From NCBI GenBank assembly GCA_943788675.1, contig CALSRE010000002.1, forward strand, positions 137,371-201,370: a DNA stretch of 64,000 nucleotides, read 5' to 3'. Positions 1 to 8,394 of this stretch are shown here, one piece after another (position 1 is the stretch's first letter; each line of letters starts with the position of its first letter). This stretch comes from an uncultured bacterium. GTDB lineage: Bacteria > Fidelibacterota > Marinisomatia > Marinisomatales > Marinisomataceae. The notes under the pieces are model-generated. The model was not told the origin of the DNA, searched no databases, and saw only the letters and a list, made by a program, of their open reading frames with translations. The position numbers were made by a program, and so were the translations under genes.

Positions 1-1330
1 CCTCAGCATTAAAGGTATCATATCCATAGTATGGATATGATTGATTCTTTTGACTTAGATAAGAATGATAAGCATGGCCTAGTTCATGTGCCAATGTAAA
101 AACATCATCTAAAGTTCCAGCAAAATTTAGCTTAATTCTTGGAGGCAAATCCCAAGTAGAAGACATGTAAGCTCCACTTTCTTTACCTTGATTTTCAAAA
201 ACATCTATTAAATTTTCATTGTACATTTTTTCAGTGAATTTTTGCAATTCTCCATCATTTGCCTGCAATAAAGGCTGTAAAGCTTCTAAAACAATTTGCT
301 GAGCTTCTTCGTAAGTATACTCTCTAGTAAAATCTGCTAAAGGAGCATAAGTATCAAAAGGCTTAATTTTATCAACACCTAAACTTTTTGCCTTTATTTC
401 TGCCCATCTATGAAGAGGTTGAAGGTTATTATTAACACTTTTTACTAAATTTTTATAGATATCAGTAGAAATTCCTGAGCCTTTCATTTTCGCTTCTAAG
501 GAATTATCATATCCTCTAGCATTAGCATAAAATATATTACCCTCAATATTACCCTTCATAAGAACAGACATAGTATTTAGCGATCCTTTAAATGGAACAT
601 ATAAAGCTTTATACATATCTTCCCTTACTCTTCTATCAGTAGATTTAGTGTACTTACCATATCTTCCAGGAGACATTGTAAGTTCAATGCCATTTTCATC
701 TTCAAAAGTACCCCACTTAAAATCTGTAGCTCTCATAATATCATAGGCTTCATTCGATACTCCGGAAAGCTTTCCTGCCATACTTAAAATTCTTTCTTCT
801 TTTTCAGATAGAATGTGTGGTTTGGCTATATAAATATCTTTAAATACTTTTTCATACTCTTTTAAGGAAGCATTTTCATTCATAAATTTTTCTAAAAGAC
901 TATAATCAGATTCAAGTATTTCAGGAGTCCAATAAGCTGTTAATCCTCCATACTTAATCCAAACATTTCTAACTCTTTGAACCATTTCCTGATATTTTTC
1001 ATTAGTTAAATCACCATTCAAAGAATTAGACGCGTAGTGATAAAGTTTTCCTAAATACTGGTTAACTTTCTCGTCAAGCTTTATCGATTCTAGTAAAATT
1101 TCCGGACTTGATGTTAGCTTACCTTTATAGTTGACCATATCAGGGTATAGTTTCTTAACTTTTTCAAGATCTTGCTCCCATATCTCATCTGAAGCGTAGA
1201 CAGCTGTAAGGTCCCACTTATACTTTGCATCGATTTCAGATCTTAATGGAATCGATGAACTAGGTTGTGTTTCGTTTGATGAACATGCCATAACGATGAA
1301 AATGTAAAAAATTATTAATCTAAAATACAT
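1..1330 (-). CDS. pepF: oligoendopeptidase F-like M3B metallopeptidase (lipoprotein); C-terminus lies beyond the window edge
   Basis: Not in the ORF track because it is open at the window edge. My minus-strand translation from the ATG at 1330 gives MYFRLIIFYIFIVMACSSNETQ... (signal peptide plus lipobox VMAC). It stays open to base 1 and reaches the zinc motif HELGHAYHS (HExxH), typical of the PepF/M3B family. Confidence 0.75.
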   Translation of the reverse strand, partial: MYFRLIIFYIFIVMACSSNETQPSSSIPLRSEIDAKYKWDLTAVYASDEIWEQDLEKVKKLYPDMVNYKGKLTSSPEILLESIKLDEKVNQYLGKLYHYASNSLNGDLTNEKYQEMVQRVRNVWIKYGGLTAYWTPEILESDYSLLEKFMNENASLKEYEKVFKDIYIAKPHILSEKEERILSMAGKLSGVSNEAYDIMRATDFKWGTFEDENGIELTMSPGRYGKYTKSTDRRVREDMYKALYVPFKGSLNTMSVLMKGNIEGNIFYANARGYDNSLEAKMKGSGISTDIYKNLVKSVNNNLQPLHRWAEIKAKSLGVDKIKPFDTYAPLADFTREYTYEEAQQIVLEALQPLLQANDGELQKFTEKMYNENLIDVFENQGKESGAYMSSTWDLPPRIKLNFAGTLDDVFTLAHELGHAYHSYLSQKNQSYPYYGYDTFNAE

Positions 1331-1352
1331 AGTAAATATTCCTTGTTTGTTT

Positions 1353-1380
1353 TTGAAGTAATTAACTTAAATAGTATAAT
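1353..1380 (+). promoter_or_regulatory. candidate sigma-70 promoter (TTGAAG-16 nt-TATAAT) of the patatin-like gene
   Basis: TTGAAG at 1353-1358 and TATAAT at 1375-1380. Only 10 nt separate it from the ATG at 1391, with no Shine-Dalgarno in between. Confidence 0.4.
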
Positions 1381-1390
1381 ACATTTATAA

Positions 1391-2197
1391 ATGAAAAAAA
1401 ATTATAAAATAGGTATTGCTTTGGGCGGAGGAGCTGCTCGTGGATATGCGCACATTGGTGTTCTAAATGCTATTGAAGAACGAAATATTCCAATTAGCTT
1501 TGTATCTGGAACTAGCATTGGATCATTCATCGGAGCTCTTTATGCGTCAGGAAATCTAAAGAAATTTGAAGATAAAATTCGTACAAGAAATAGTTTTATG
1601 AAAGATGTGCTATTTAAGCTTGATCCTGTTTTTCCAAAACTTTCTGTGATGAATGGAAACGAAGTTGTTAAGGTATTCAAAGAACTTACCGATATAAGAA
1701 CCTTCGAAGAACTTGATATTCCCCTTACTACTGTTTCAACAGATATTATTAATAACAAAAAAATTGAATCAAAAAATGGAGATTTAATCAATGCTATCAA
1801 AGCGAGTATTGCCATTCCAGGAGTGCTCTCACCTACCTATATAAATGACAATCTATGTGTTGATGGTGGTCTTATAGACCCTGTCCCCTTACAATCTATT
1901 GTAGATATGGGATCAAAGCTAACTATAGCCGTTAATTTGTACGGCCTTCAATCATCGGAAAAACAAGATAATAAATATAACATTGTTGATATTGTTGACA
2001 GATCGGCTAAGATTATTTTGAACAATATAACCCATCTTAGTTTTAAAAATAACGAACCAGACATATTAATTGAACCTCCAATAGATCAATTTAGAGGATG
2101 GGATTTTCACAAATCTAATGAATTAATTAAGATTGGCTATGAACAAGCCTCAAAAGTATTAGATCGAAATGAAAGTTTATTTCAAAACAATTCTTGA
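1391..2197 (+). CDS. patatin-like phospholipase
   Basis: GGGAARGYAHIGV oxyanion motif, GTSIGS (GxSxG nucleophile) and a DGG catalytic Asp motif in the 268-aa ORF. Confidence 0.85.
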   Translation: MKKNYKIGIALGGGAARGYAHIGVLNAIEERNIPISFVSGTSIGSFIGALYASGNLKKFEDKIRTRNSFMKDVLFKLDPVFPKLSVMNGNEVVKVFKELTDIRTFEELDIPLTTVSTDIINNKKIESKNGDLINAIKASIAIPGVLSPTYINDNLCVDGGLIDPVPLQSIVDMGSKLTIAVNLYGLQSSEKQDNKYNIVDIVDRSAKIILNNITHLSFKNNEPDILIEPPIDQFRGWDFHKSNELIKIGYEQASKVLDRNESLFQNNS

Positions 2198-2198
2198 A

Positions 2199-2849
2199 TT
2201 ATTTTTCAAGAACTTCGCTTCTCTTCATCATTTTTACAGTCATTTCAATTTTTTCAAGCGGATTATCATTCATATCTTTTTCAACATTTGCTATAGAATC
2301 AATCACTTCTAATCCTTGAATGACTTTACCAAATACGGTATAGTTATTATCTAAGAAACTAGGATCGCCATGGCATACAAAAAATTGACTTGACGCGCTA
2401 TTAGGATCATTTGTTCTAGCCATAGATAAAACTCCCTTTTCATGAGCAATACTATTGAACTCCTGAGGAATTAACCATGTAGAAGAATCGTTTTCATCAC
2501 CAATACCAAAGAACTTTCCGGCTCTTCCGCCAGTTCCATGCAGGGACCTATTTTCTAATTTAGAATTAGGATCTCCACCCTGAATAACAAAATCAGGAAT
2601 TACTCTATGAAATGTCGTTCCATCAAAATATTGTTCATTTGCTAAAGCCACAAAACTTTCAACATGCATCGGTGCTACATCTGGATAAAACTCAACTATC
2701 ATGTCGCCGTATTTTGTTGAAATTACTGCTACTTCTGTTTCTTTTTCATAATTCATTATAAATACCCCTATTAATATTAAACTTATTATAGCCATCATTA
2801 TGGCAAAATACACTGAACTGAAAATTTTCAAATCAATAATTTTTTTCAT
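2199..2849 (-). CDS. cyclophilin-type peptidyl-prolyl cis-trans isomerase, N-terminally membrane anchored
   Basis: FHRVIPDFVIQGGDP and SMARTNDPNSASSQFF cyclophilin signatures, with a hydrophobic N-terminal segment. Confidence 0.9.
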   Translation of the reverse strand: MKKIIDLKIFSSVYFAIMMAIISLILIGVFIMNYEKETEVAVISTKYGDMIVEFYPDVAPMHVESFVALANEQYFDGTTFHRVIPDFVIQGGDPNSKLENRSLHGTGGRAGKFFGIGDENDSSTWLIPQEFNSIAHEKGVLSMARTNDPNSASSQFFVCHGDPSFLDNNYTVFGKVIQGLEVIDSIANVEKDMNDNPLEKIEMTVKMMKRSEVLEK

Positions 2850-2916
2850 TCTTTTTCCTTAATTATATAACCATTGCTGCATATACCATACACAGCAACG
2901 GTTAAATATATTATTC

Positions 2917-3870
2917 TTATTCTTGAGATTCAGTAATTGCTCTAGTAAACTGATTTACTCCTGTGATTTTACCATCAAGATCAAAAAAGTATGTCTCTGA
3001 AGCTTCAAAATCTGTGACACTTCCATCTTTACGAACAATTTGTGCTCTTGAATGAACAATAAGTCCAGATGATGGGTCAGTATCTTTAATTTTGATTGGA
3101 ATCATTGCCCAAGGTTTCCAAGATTGCGATTCTCTAGTTGAAAATTCTTGAATAAAATCTTCTTTAGTTAAATCCATTCCGTTATATGAAAACGGATATT
3201 TAACGTATTCTGAAAATCCTTCAACATCTAAATTATTAGCAGCTTCAAGAAATTTTTCCATGGTTTCAACTTCACCTCTGTTAGAAAAAACAAATGGTCT
3301 TCCAGAATATTCATTCTCAGGATTTAATCCTAAAAACTTACCACCCTCTCTAATGCCATATTCACTATTCTCAACATCTGGTCTCATTGTACTCCATATT
3401 CCGGACAATTTTCCTTCATCTTCATCATCAAATCGTAATATGTCGATATAGTGAGTAGCAGATTTAGATCCATTCTTTTGAACAGAAGTATCATAGGACC
3501 AAGAAACTACAAATGCACCATTGTCATCGACCATTCTAAGTGGAACCATAGCCCACGGTTTCCAAGAATAAGATTCTTGATCATCCATTTGGTCTGCAAA
3601 AGGCTTCATCTCCTCTGTAACTAAAGAAGAAAAAAGCTCCTTATCAAGATTTGAATAAGCATCTGTAAGAGCCAATGCTTTATCCATATAATCATCGCTT
3701 GCTAGAACATATGCTTTACCGTAATTCTCATTTTCTTCGCCATTAAATGGCATATTTTTACCAGCAGATTCTACCCCATCATAATTAACAACTGGCGGTG
3801 ATGCAAACATCACAAATAAACCAGCAGCAAAAAGTAAAAAAGTAGGAACTGAATCGTAATTTAATTTCAT
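2917..3870 (-). CDS. secreted hypothetical protein with two tandem NTF2/SnoaL-like repeats
   Basis: N-terminal hydrophobic signal. It carries an internal duplication: ...ESYSWKPWAMVPLRMVDDNG... and ...ESQSWKPWAMIPIKIKDTDP... The start is preceded by a GAGGGG SD. Confidence 0.6.
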   Translation of the reverse strand: MKLNYDSVPTFLLFAAGLFVMFASPPVVNYDGVESAGKNMPFNGEENENYGKAYVLASDDYMDKALALTDAYSNLDKELFSSLVTEEMKPFADQMDDQESYSWKPWAMVPLRMVDDNGAFVVSWSYDTSVQKNGSKSATHYIDILRFDDEDEGKLSGIWSTMRPDVENSEYGIREGGKFLGLNPENEYSGRPFVFSNRGEVETMEKFLEAANNLDVEGFSEYVKYPFSYNGMDLTKEDFIQEFSTRESQSWKPWAMIPIKIKDTDPSSGLIVHSRAQIVRKDGSVTDFEASETYFFDLDGKITGVNQFTRAITESQE

Positions 3871-3969
3871 GATTACCCCTCTTAATTAATTAATAATGAG
3901 AAGATATTATGCAAATTTTGAGAAGATTGCATTATAAAACTTAGATGAATGATTACTGATATTTTTTTG

Positions 3970-4042
3970 TGGAGCTGACAGGGATCGAACCTGCGACCTC
4001 GTGAATGCCATCCACGCGCTCTCCCAACTGAGCTACAGCCCC
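3970..4042 (-). tRNA. tRNA-Ala (anticodon GGC)
   Basis: The reverse complement reads GGGGCTGTAGCTCAGTTGGGAGAGCGCGTGGATGGCATTCACGAGGTCGCAGGTTCGATCCCTGTCAGCTCCA. It folds by eye into a cloverleaf with anticodon loop AT-GGC-AT, the G3:U70 Ala identity pair and a TTCGATC T-loop. No encoded CCA. Confidence 0.9.
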
Positions 4043-4045
4043 AAA

Positions 4046-4711
4046 TTATTTGTTCAATTCTTTCCAATCTTTATCAAACTGAGCAAGTCCTTGATCGGTA
4101 AGGCTATGCTTATACATTTCTTCAAAAATCTTTGGAGGAAGTGTAACAATATCAGCTCCAGCTTTATATGAATCATTGATATGCTCAATATTTCTAATTG
4201 AAGCGGCCAAAATATTAGTAGTAGTAATGCTATTTAATGTAAATACTCTTTTTATTGAAGATATTAAATCAATTCCGTCAATATTATTATCTTCACATCT
4301 TCCAACAAATGGTGAGATATAACTTGCTCCTGCTTTTGCAGCAAGGATTGACTGACTCAAAGAAAAAATTAATGTTACATTAACTTTGATATTTCTATCA
4401 GATAGAGCTTTGCATGCTTTTAATCCCTCGTAAGTACAAGGAACCTTTATTGTAATATTATCGCCTATAGAATGATACTGTTCAGCTTGTAAAATCATTT
4501 CTTCTGCATTATCAGCTACTACCTCAGCACTAATACTTCCAATACGATATCCACGACCTGAAAATACAGAGGAAATCTCAGAAATCACTTCAACTGGATT
4601 TCTCCCTGCTTGCATCATTAAAGTTGGATTAGTAGTCACACCATCAACAAGACCAGTTTGATAATGATGTTTTATGACATCTACGTCTGAAGTATCTAAA
4701 AATATTTTCAT
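4046..4711 (-). CDS. tal: transaldolase / fructose-6-phosphate aldolase family (short Tal type)
   Basis: MKIFLDTSDVDVIKHHYQTGLVDGVTTNPTL and ITIKVP motifs. I prefer the ATG at 4711 (MKIF...) over the TTG at 4720 given in the track. Confidence 0.9.
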   Translation of the reverse strand: MKIFLDTSDVDVIKHHYQTGLVDGVTTNPTLMMQAGRNPVEVISEISSVFSGRGYRIGSISAEVVADNAEEMILQAEQYHSIGDNITIKVPCTYEGLKACKALSDRNIKVNVTLIFSLSQSILAAKAGASYISPFVGRCEDNNIDGIDLISSIKRVFTLNSITTTNILAASIRNIEHINDSYKAGADIVTLPPKIFEEMYKHSLTDQGLAQFDKDWKELNK

Positions 4712-4718
4712 AATTTGC

Positions 4719-4746
4719 AATTTAGTAAAATTACTTGAATTTGCAA
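4719..4746 (-). promoter_or_regulatory. candidate promoter of tal (TTGCAA-16 nt-TAAATT)
   Basis: On the minus strand, TTGCAA lies at 4746-4741 and TAAATT at 4724-4719. Only 7 nt separate it from the ATG at 4711, with no SD. Confidence 0.35.
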
Positions 4747-4761
4747 TTGTCTTTAAATTTT

Positions 4762-4789
4762 AAAAAAAGGGCTATAAAAATATAGCCCT
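4762..4789 (-). terminator. rho-independent terminator after the 4817-5707 lipoprotein gene
   Basis: Perfect 9-bp stem AGGGCTATA / TATAGCCCT (4768-4776 / 4781-4789) with loop AAAA. On the minus strand it is followed by a run of 7 U (4762-4768 are A on plus). Confidence 0.75.
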
Positions 4790-4816
4790 TTAATTTTTAA
4801 TTAAAATTAGTGGAAG

Positions 4817-5707
4817 TTATCCGCGAGTACCGCCTTCGCTCTCTCCGTCGGAATCATTTCCTCCATCTCGTTTACAATTATCTCTCCATGCTTGTTTCAT
4901 TTCTTCGCGAGAATTAACAGTAACAGAAGAGCCATCTTCAAAAACAAGATCTACCGGAAAAACGACTTCAGGTCTTTTCTTTCTGCCATCGTAAGATTCG
5001 TAGAAAGCTTTCATTTTTGCTTCTAAATCTTCTTCATCATCTGCAGTCAATGTTGATCCATCAGGCATCGTAAAACTTACAGGGAAAGCAAATGTAAAGC
5101 ATTTCTTATCATTTTGCTCGCCTCTACATGCTTGAAACGCTTCTTTTAATTCATCTACTGAATTGATAGTTACTATTTCAGCGTCCTCTCCACGATATTC
5201 AATTTGAATAGGATATGCAAAAGCAGGTTTCTCTTTTTGGCCTGTTTCTTGATAATGAGACTTCATTGTTGAATAAAATTCTTTATAGTCATTCACTGTA
5301 TAAGAAGTTTCACCCAAAGAAAATGTTAGAGGAAAAACATACTTGAAACATCTCTTAGCGTATCTTTTTCGATCATCCATTCCACCTCTGTTACCAAGCT
5401 TTCTACCATCTTTAGTAAAATATATTTGTGTTATATCTCCGGCATCTAGCGCCATATCTCCTAAGGATAATTGATACCCATAGTCAGGTGAGATTTCGGC
5501 TTTAACCATCATATAATCAAAATATTCTGATCCAATAACTAATTTTGATGAATTAGGAATATCTACTTCATCTATCTCAAATTTGTTTGGATCAGCTTGA
5601 ATTGCTTCAATCAGTTGAAGGTCGGTCATTTCATCCATATATGACATGTTATCATCACATGAACTGACCATAAAAATTAAACTAAAAATCAATAATAACT
5701 TTTTCAT
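4817..5707 (-). CDS. lipoprotein of unknown function with four ~40-45 aa repeats
   Basis: Signal plus lipobox MKKLLLIFSLIFMVSSC. Repeated modules are CFKYVFPLTFSLGETSYTV..., AFAYPIQIEYRGEDAEIVTI..., CFTFAFPVSFTMPDGSTLTA... and VVFPVDLVFEDGSSVTV... Confidence 0.65.
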   Translation of the reverse strand: MKKLLLIFSLIFMVSSCDDNMSYMDEMTDLQLIEAIQADPNKFEIDEVDIPNSSKLVIGSEYFDYMMVKAEISPDYGYQLSLGDMALDAGDITQIYFTKDGRKLGNRGGMDDRKRYAKRCFKYVFPLTFSLGETSYTVNDYKEFYSTMKSHYQETGQKEKPAFAYPIQIEYRGEDAEIVTINSVDELKEAFQACRGEQNDKKCFTFAFPVSFTMPDGSTLTADDEEDLEAKMKAFYESYDGRKKRPEVVFPVDLVFEDGSSVTVNSREEMKQAWRDNCKRDGGNDSDGESEGGTRG

Positions 5708-5733
5708 AATTTCCCTTTAAATGTTATAAAAAT

Positions 5734-6255
5734 TTACTTCCTTTTTTTTGTTCTGTCAAAATCTCTCTTTTTAGACATTTCAGGCCTATCATCAAACACG
5801 CGTTTTGACATTTGAGATTTCAATCTTTCTTGTTGAAATACTAATTTTGTTCGCTGCTCATTAGAAAGTACATTGGTAGTTTTTCTTAAAAAATCAGCTT
5901 CAAGCACTGCTAACTGATCTTTCATTTCTTTTTGAAGTTTGATTGCTTTATCTACATCAAACTTTGCAGCATCTTTAGTTTTCATTCTTAGACTTGCAAC
6001 TTTTTTACGAAATTTTTTCTGTACTTCATTTACTTCATTTCTGTATTCTTTTTGCATCGGAAAAAATTGTTCAGCTTGCTCAACTGACAGGTTTAAATAA
6101 TCTGTTTGAATTCCAATCATTGTTGATTGATGTTGATTTTTTAATTGCTCCATTCGCTCTTTGCGAACTTTTATTTCATCACGATCGCTTCTATCCATTT
6201 GCCCTTGAGCAAATAAACTTGTTAAAAATATTGCGATTAAAATTGTTATTCTCAT
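5734..6255 (-). CDS. periplasmic Spy/CpxP-like (LTXXQ-motif) protein
   Basis: Signal peptide MRITILIAIFLTSLFAQG, then a charged helical protein with LSVEQAEQF and LSNEQRTKL motifs. I chose the internal ATG at 6255 because the longer ORF would overlap the upstream gene. Confidence 0.5.
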   Translation of the reverse strand: MRITILIAIFLTSLFAQGQMDRSDRDEIKVRKERMEQLKNQHQSTMIGIQTDYLNLSVEQAEQFFPMQKEYRNEVNEVQKKFRKKVASLRMKTKDAAKFDVDKAIKLQKEMKDQLAVLEADFLRKTTNVLSNEQRTKLVFQQERLKSQMSKRVFDDRPEMSKKRDFDRTKKRK

Positions 6256-6316
6256 TATGACTCCTAAATTGTTTTTATATCTTATATACAATCCTGTTAG
6301 CAAAAATGTTCCTAGA

Positions 6317-6679
6317 CTATTTTTTCCTTGCTGCAATAAATGATTTTATTGCTGCAATAAATCCAACCAAACATAATACGCAAGCTGTAAATTGCTCAAT
6401 AGTTGCTAGAGGCCTGCTTAGCTCGATACCTTTTAAAAGATAATTTAATAAATCAAATGCTGATCCATAAGTTGCTCCAATCCCCAAGATTAAAATTAGA
6501 ATATTAATGTGAGCAAAATGCCTATGCAAATTTGGAAATTTTCTTCCAAAAAATAAACCTATCTGTATTAATAAGCCAAGAATTGAAGGTATTAGAGCAG
6601 TAAATGTCATAGAAAAAGCATAAAATGTCACTCCTAGAACAATTAAACTGATGCTAATTTGACTAAATATTTTATCCAT
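6317..6679 (-). CDS. small integral membrane protein (about 4 TM), unknown function
   Basis: 120-aa hydrophobic ORF preceded by an AAGGAAA SD, 10 nt downstream of the tyrA stop. Confidence 0.55.
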   Translation of the reverse strand: MDKIFSQISISLIVLGVTFYAFSMTFTALIPSILGLLIQIGLFFGRKFPNLHRHFAHINILILILGIGATYGSAFDLLNYLLKGIELSRPLATIEQFTACVLCLVGFIAAIKSFIAARKK

Positions 6680-6689
6680 TGTATTTCCT

Positions 6690-7403
6690 TTATTTTTTTA
6701 AAATTTCGTTAATTTTTTTGAAACTTTCACTTAATTCTGATACCATTTTTTGCGTATACGGATTGTAGCTTTGAATATCCTCAAACAACTCCCATGAATC
6801 ATTGCATGTTTGATTTACCAATTTATGTAAGGCCTTATAACCCTCTGTGTCAATCCTTGTTTGATCTGTACCAAAATCATCTATAACTCTTCCAATAAAG
6901 TGAGTTAATCCCTGAGATCTTGCAGCCATCTTATCATGTTCTTCAGCTGAGATTTCTTCGATAGTGATATTTTGGCTATTAAAATAATTTTTCCAAAATT
7001 CAAATCTACCATGCAAGTCCCTTACTGACTCCATTGTCATTACAGATCCGCTATCCTTTAAAGAATCCGGACCAAACAACGGATGAGTAGCAATAATATC
7101 TATTTCAGAAGATAGGTTTTCTATCATAACATTCTTTGGAAACACTTTTACAGAGCAAACATCTATAACGGTTTTTTCCCCTTGAATATCATTTTTAACC
7201 TCATGTATTAATGATTCAAAATCTCTAATAGGTACAGCTATGAAAATTGTTTCATTTTGAAGAGCTTTTGCCAAAGAAACTTCATTGACATCAGAGTTAT
7301 TAACGCTTTTTTTATCGTAAACATCCACTTCAAAGCCTTTTGAAAGCAGTGCATGTAACATTGCCCCAAACCTTCCATAGCCAATAATGCTTACTTTTTT
7401 CAT
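6690..7403 (-). CDS. tyrA: prephenate/arogenate dehydrogenase (short, no regulatory domain)
   Basis: N-terminal Rossmann motif IIGYGRFG and the THPLFGP motif. It overlaps the pheA stop in an ATGA arrangement. Confidence 0.8.
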   Translation of the reverse strand: MKKVSIIGYGRFGAMLHALLSKGFEVDVYDKKSVNNSDVNEVSLAKALQNETIFIAVPIRDFESLIHEVKNDIQGEKTVIDVCSVKVFPKNVMIENLSSEIDIIATHPLFGPDSLKDSGSVMTMESVRDLHGRFEFWKNYFNSQNITIEEISAEEHDKMAARSQGLTHFIGRVIDDFGTDQTRIDTEGYKALHKLVNQTCNDSWELFEDIQSYNPYTQKMVSELSESFKKINEILKK

Positions 7404-7969
7404 GATGACAGTTTCTTTACGGCTAAAAAGAGAGTTAAATTTCTCTTTAAATCATGAATATCTTTTTGCAGAATATTTAAACCATACTTTTCAGCTGAAA
7501 ACTTACTAGCTATTACGGCCACATTTTCAGATAATTTTCCTTCTGATAAATCTTGCGCTGCTTTTGCAGTATCATCTTCTTCAACAAGCTTTTTAGACCA
7601 AAACTGTTCAGCTAAATAATCTTTGCACTGCTTTAAGGCCTGTTGATGAGAATGAATTTCTTCAATATCTCCAAGAGCAACTCCATTCTTAGCTAGCAAA
7701 TTTTGGCTAATCTCAATATAAAACATATCAATTATTTCGCATTGATTTTTTGCTAAAGCTTCGATGCTTTCAATTACTACCCCGCCCTGTGCATTTTCCA
7801 TTGCAAAAATGCCTGTATCAATACTTCCATCTGTCAGACTGTTTAATACATTCATTGAACCAACCAAATAAGCTAATTCAAAGTCGTCTATACCAAATTT
7901 TTTACAATACGATTTAGCTGCTTGCTCGCTAAAACTACCTTCTATTCCCTGAATTCCTACTTTAATCAT
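7400..7969 (-). CDS. pheA: prephenate dehydratase, catalytic PDT domain only (no ACT domain)
   Basis: Contains GIQGIEGSFSEQAA, FAMENAQGGVV, SHQQALKQC and NLTLFL(AV), which match PDT-domain landmarks. At 189 aa there is no room for the C-terminal ACT domain. Confidence 0.8.
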   Translation of the reverse strand: MIKVGIQGIEGSFSEQAAKSYCKKFGIDDFELAYLVGSMNVLNSLTDGSIDTGIFAMENAQGGVVIESIEALAKNQCEIIDMFYIEISQNLLAKNGVALGDIEEIHSHQQALKQCKDYLAEQFWSKKLVEEDDTAKAAQDLSEGKLSENVAVIASKFSAEKYGLNILQKDIHDLKRNLTLFLAVKKLSS

Positions 7970-8394
7970 TTTCTCTCCAATATATGCTCTATTGCTGTAA
8001 TATAACTTTGTTTACCTTCACCGTAAAATTGACCAATACAAACAGTTTTAATCACAGAAGTTTTTCTAAAATTTTCTCGTTTATGAATATTTGACAAATG
8101 CACTTCCACGGTCTTTAACTGCGTTGCTACTATTGCATCTCTTAATGCATAAGAATAATGCGTTAAAGCTCCTGCGTTAAGAATACAATAATCAACATCT
8201 TTTCTTTTTTGGTGTAAAAAATCTATAATACTTCCTTCTGAATTTGACTGAAAAAATTCAAAATCAATATCTTGGCAACTATCGTGGTTTTTGATCCAAT
8301 TATTAACTTCCTCAAGAGAGTCGTATCCATAAATCTCTGGCTCTCTTTCTCCAAGCAAGTTAAGGTTAGGTCCATTTACAATAATTATTTTCAT
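7966..8394 (-). CDS. aroQ: 3-dehydroquinate dehydratase, type II
   Basis: IIVNGPNLNLLGEREPEIYG and LNAGALTHYSYALRDA motifs. Confidence 0.93.
   Translation of the reverse strand: MKIIIVNGPNLNLLGEREPEIYGYDSLEEVNNWIKNHDSCQDIDFEFFQSNSEGSIIDFLHQKRKDVDYCILNAGALTHYSYALRDAIVATQLKTVEVHLSNIHKRENFRKTSVIKTVCIGQFYGEGKQSYITAIEHILERK

Noticed and set aside
3882-4067. 61-aa ORF (MERIEQIIWGCSSVGRARGW...) in the track
   Set aside because: It is the translation of the tRNA-Ala gene and its flanks on the same strand. The tRNA cloverleaf explains the sequence, so it is not a protein gene.
6256-6336. Longer 200-aa version of the Spy/CpxP-like ORF, overlapping the upstream membrane-protein gene
   Set aside because: The extra 27 residues (MQQGKNSLGTFLLTGLYIRYKNNLGVI) precede an obvious signal peptide starting at the internal Met and would overlap the stop region of gene 6317-6679.
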